Source: Sphyrna mokarran
Taxonomy: Eukaryota
Assembly (NCBI GenBank): GCA_024679065.1
Contig: JAGIQG010000002.1
Span: forward strand, 116,250,001 to 116,314,000
Reading direction: 5' to 3'
DNA length: 64,000 bases
Shown one piece after another: positions 62,797 to 64,000 of the stretch. Both the position numbers and the translations under genes were made by a program. A model generated the notes under the pieces. The model made no database searches. It was given only the letters and a program-made list of their open reading frames with translations, and had not been told where the DNA came from. Numbering within the stretch: the stretch's first letter is position 1; each line of letters starts with the position of its first letter.

Positions 62797-64000
62797 AATT
62801 GCACTGATTCAAAAAAGCAACTCACCCACCACCTTCTCCAGAGGAATTAGGGATGGGCAATAGTACCTGTATCCCATGAACAAATTTTTAAAAAAGGAAA
62901 ATTATTTTAATAAAATTCCAGTTTTGTTTTATTCCACCAATAACTGTTGTTTACTTTACTTAAGATATTTTAGTTTGAACATCAAAAGAAACTATGAAGT
63001 TGATTTCTTTCTAATTTTACTTGTGCATATTGAAAAAATGCTTACAGCAACTTCAAGGAAATGAATTGATACTATTGCCTTGCATAAAATTACCAAACAG
63101 GATTGATTGCCTATAGAAAGTATTTATTCTATGAAAGCCTGAGGCTATCTAGAGCAATCAACCAAAGAATTGGAAAAGGGGACAGATTTTTTGAATCCAA
63201 ATCACACTGTGTCACAGTTTTCATTCGCAGCTTTTTCAGTATCATATAAACAATGATTCAGCTTAGCATCTCATCCAACTCCTCGAGAAATGGGCGATGA
63301 TCCAACTTCTATTTCCTTGCTGATAAATGTTAATTCTTTTTTTGTGATGGAGCTCCATATAAAGCCCTTTAGCAGCTTCTAGTTTGCTTCACTACCGCAA
63401 CAGCTTGAATTTATGCAGAATCTTCAACAGCAACTTGCATGGTCATGCACGACGTCCTAAGGTACATCATGAGCATTATCAATCAAAATGTGACACTGAA
63501 CCACAGAAGGAATAGGTTGCAAGCAGTAACTTGGAGAGGTTTAGGGAGGAAATAGCTGAACTTGAGGCTGAAGCAGCTGAGGGATTTGCAGTGTTATATA
63601 TTTGAAAAGGATTTCAGGCTGCTGTAAAAGCTGTTCACATGATTTTATGGTGATGCCATGAGCATGTGTGCTCAGGCTACTGTTTTACTTCTAATTGGTA
63701 TTCTGGGAAGAGGAAAGATCAGTTCTTCAATAAAATTTGTTGTGTGTTCTTCCTGTTCTGTTCTTTCTGTTACGACTCGCAATCCCTAATAGTGAGGACA
63801 TTACAGAAAGAATTAATGGCGAGTCAGGATTTTGTTTCATTGGGAGCATTGGGAAAAGATTCTAAGGTAGAGAAAAATTGTGAGTCCTCACACCTTGAAT
63901 ATTAGAAGATTGGGGAAAAGTAGCAACAAGATTAAAGATTAAACTGCCAGTGCAAAAAGACTCAAGTGAGAAAACCTCTGTTATAAAAGGGTGAGATTCC

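Larger units (their letters stand above)
60657..62895 (+). mobile_element. L2/Crack-like LINE 3' region interrupted by a PLE and a solo LTR
   Basis: KILGDYRWPETEQ / TVGQKLN-like start at 60660; STIY*VQVGNVMEF...MSAASTTLKNLDTIQNK at 61555-61665; tail at 62800-62895. Confidence 0.7.
6236..64000 (+). other. carmil1: carmil1 intron 2 (continues past the window end)
   Basis: The expected next exon (VLTSCRAF...-like) was not found by eye; this intron is also very long in mammals. Confidence 0.75.

Noticed and set aside
63780-63930. Possible CR1 ORF1 esterase-like remnant
   Set aside because: Similarity too weak to support by eye

Overview
Vertebrate genomic DNA, almost certainly a shark: it carries HE1-type SINEs, HER1/CR1 LINEs and Deu-domain SINEs. 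The only host gene recognised is carmil1 (LRRC16A) on the + strand: a CpG-rich promoter, coding exon 1 (5679-5718) and coding exon 2 (6138-6235). I did not find exon 3, so the remaining ~58 kb is read as intron 2. That intron is packed with nested mobile elements: CR1, L2, Rex1/Babar, HE1 and Deu SINEs, solo LTRs, MITEs and several Penelope-like elements (PLEs). It also holds a decayed class I (epsilon/gamma-like) endogenous retrovirus (pol, env, LTRs) inserted into a pogo/POGK-type transposon fossil. The most striking signal is a family of small (80-280 bp) PLE-derived elements flanked by target-site duplications (TSDs). Several of them fold back on themselves, and the best copies carry minimal type I hammerhead ribozyme motifs on one or both strands. 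All copies point the same way relative to carmil1, and a GIY-YIG-encoding parent-type fragment lies at 60729-61497. Repeat boundaries are by eye and approximate unless a TSD is given.
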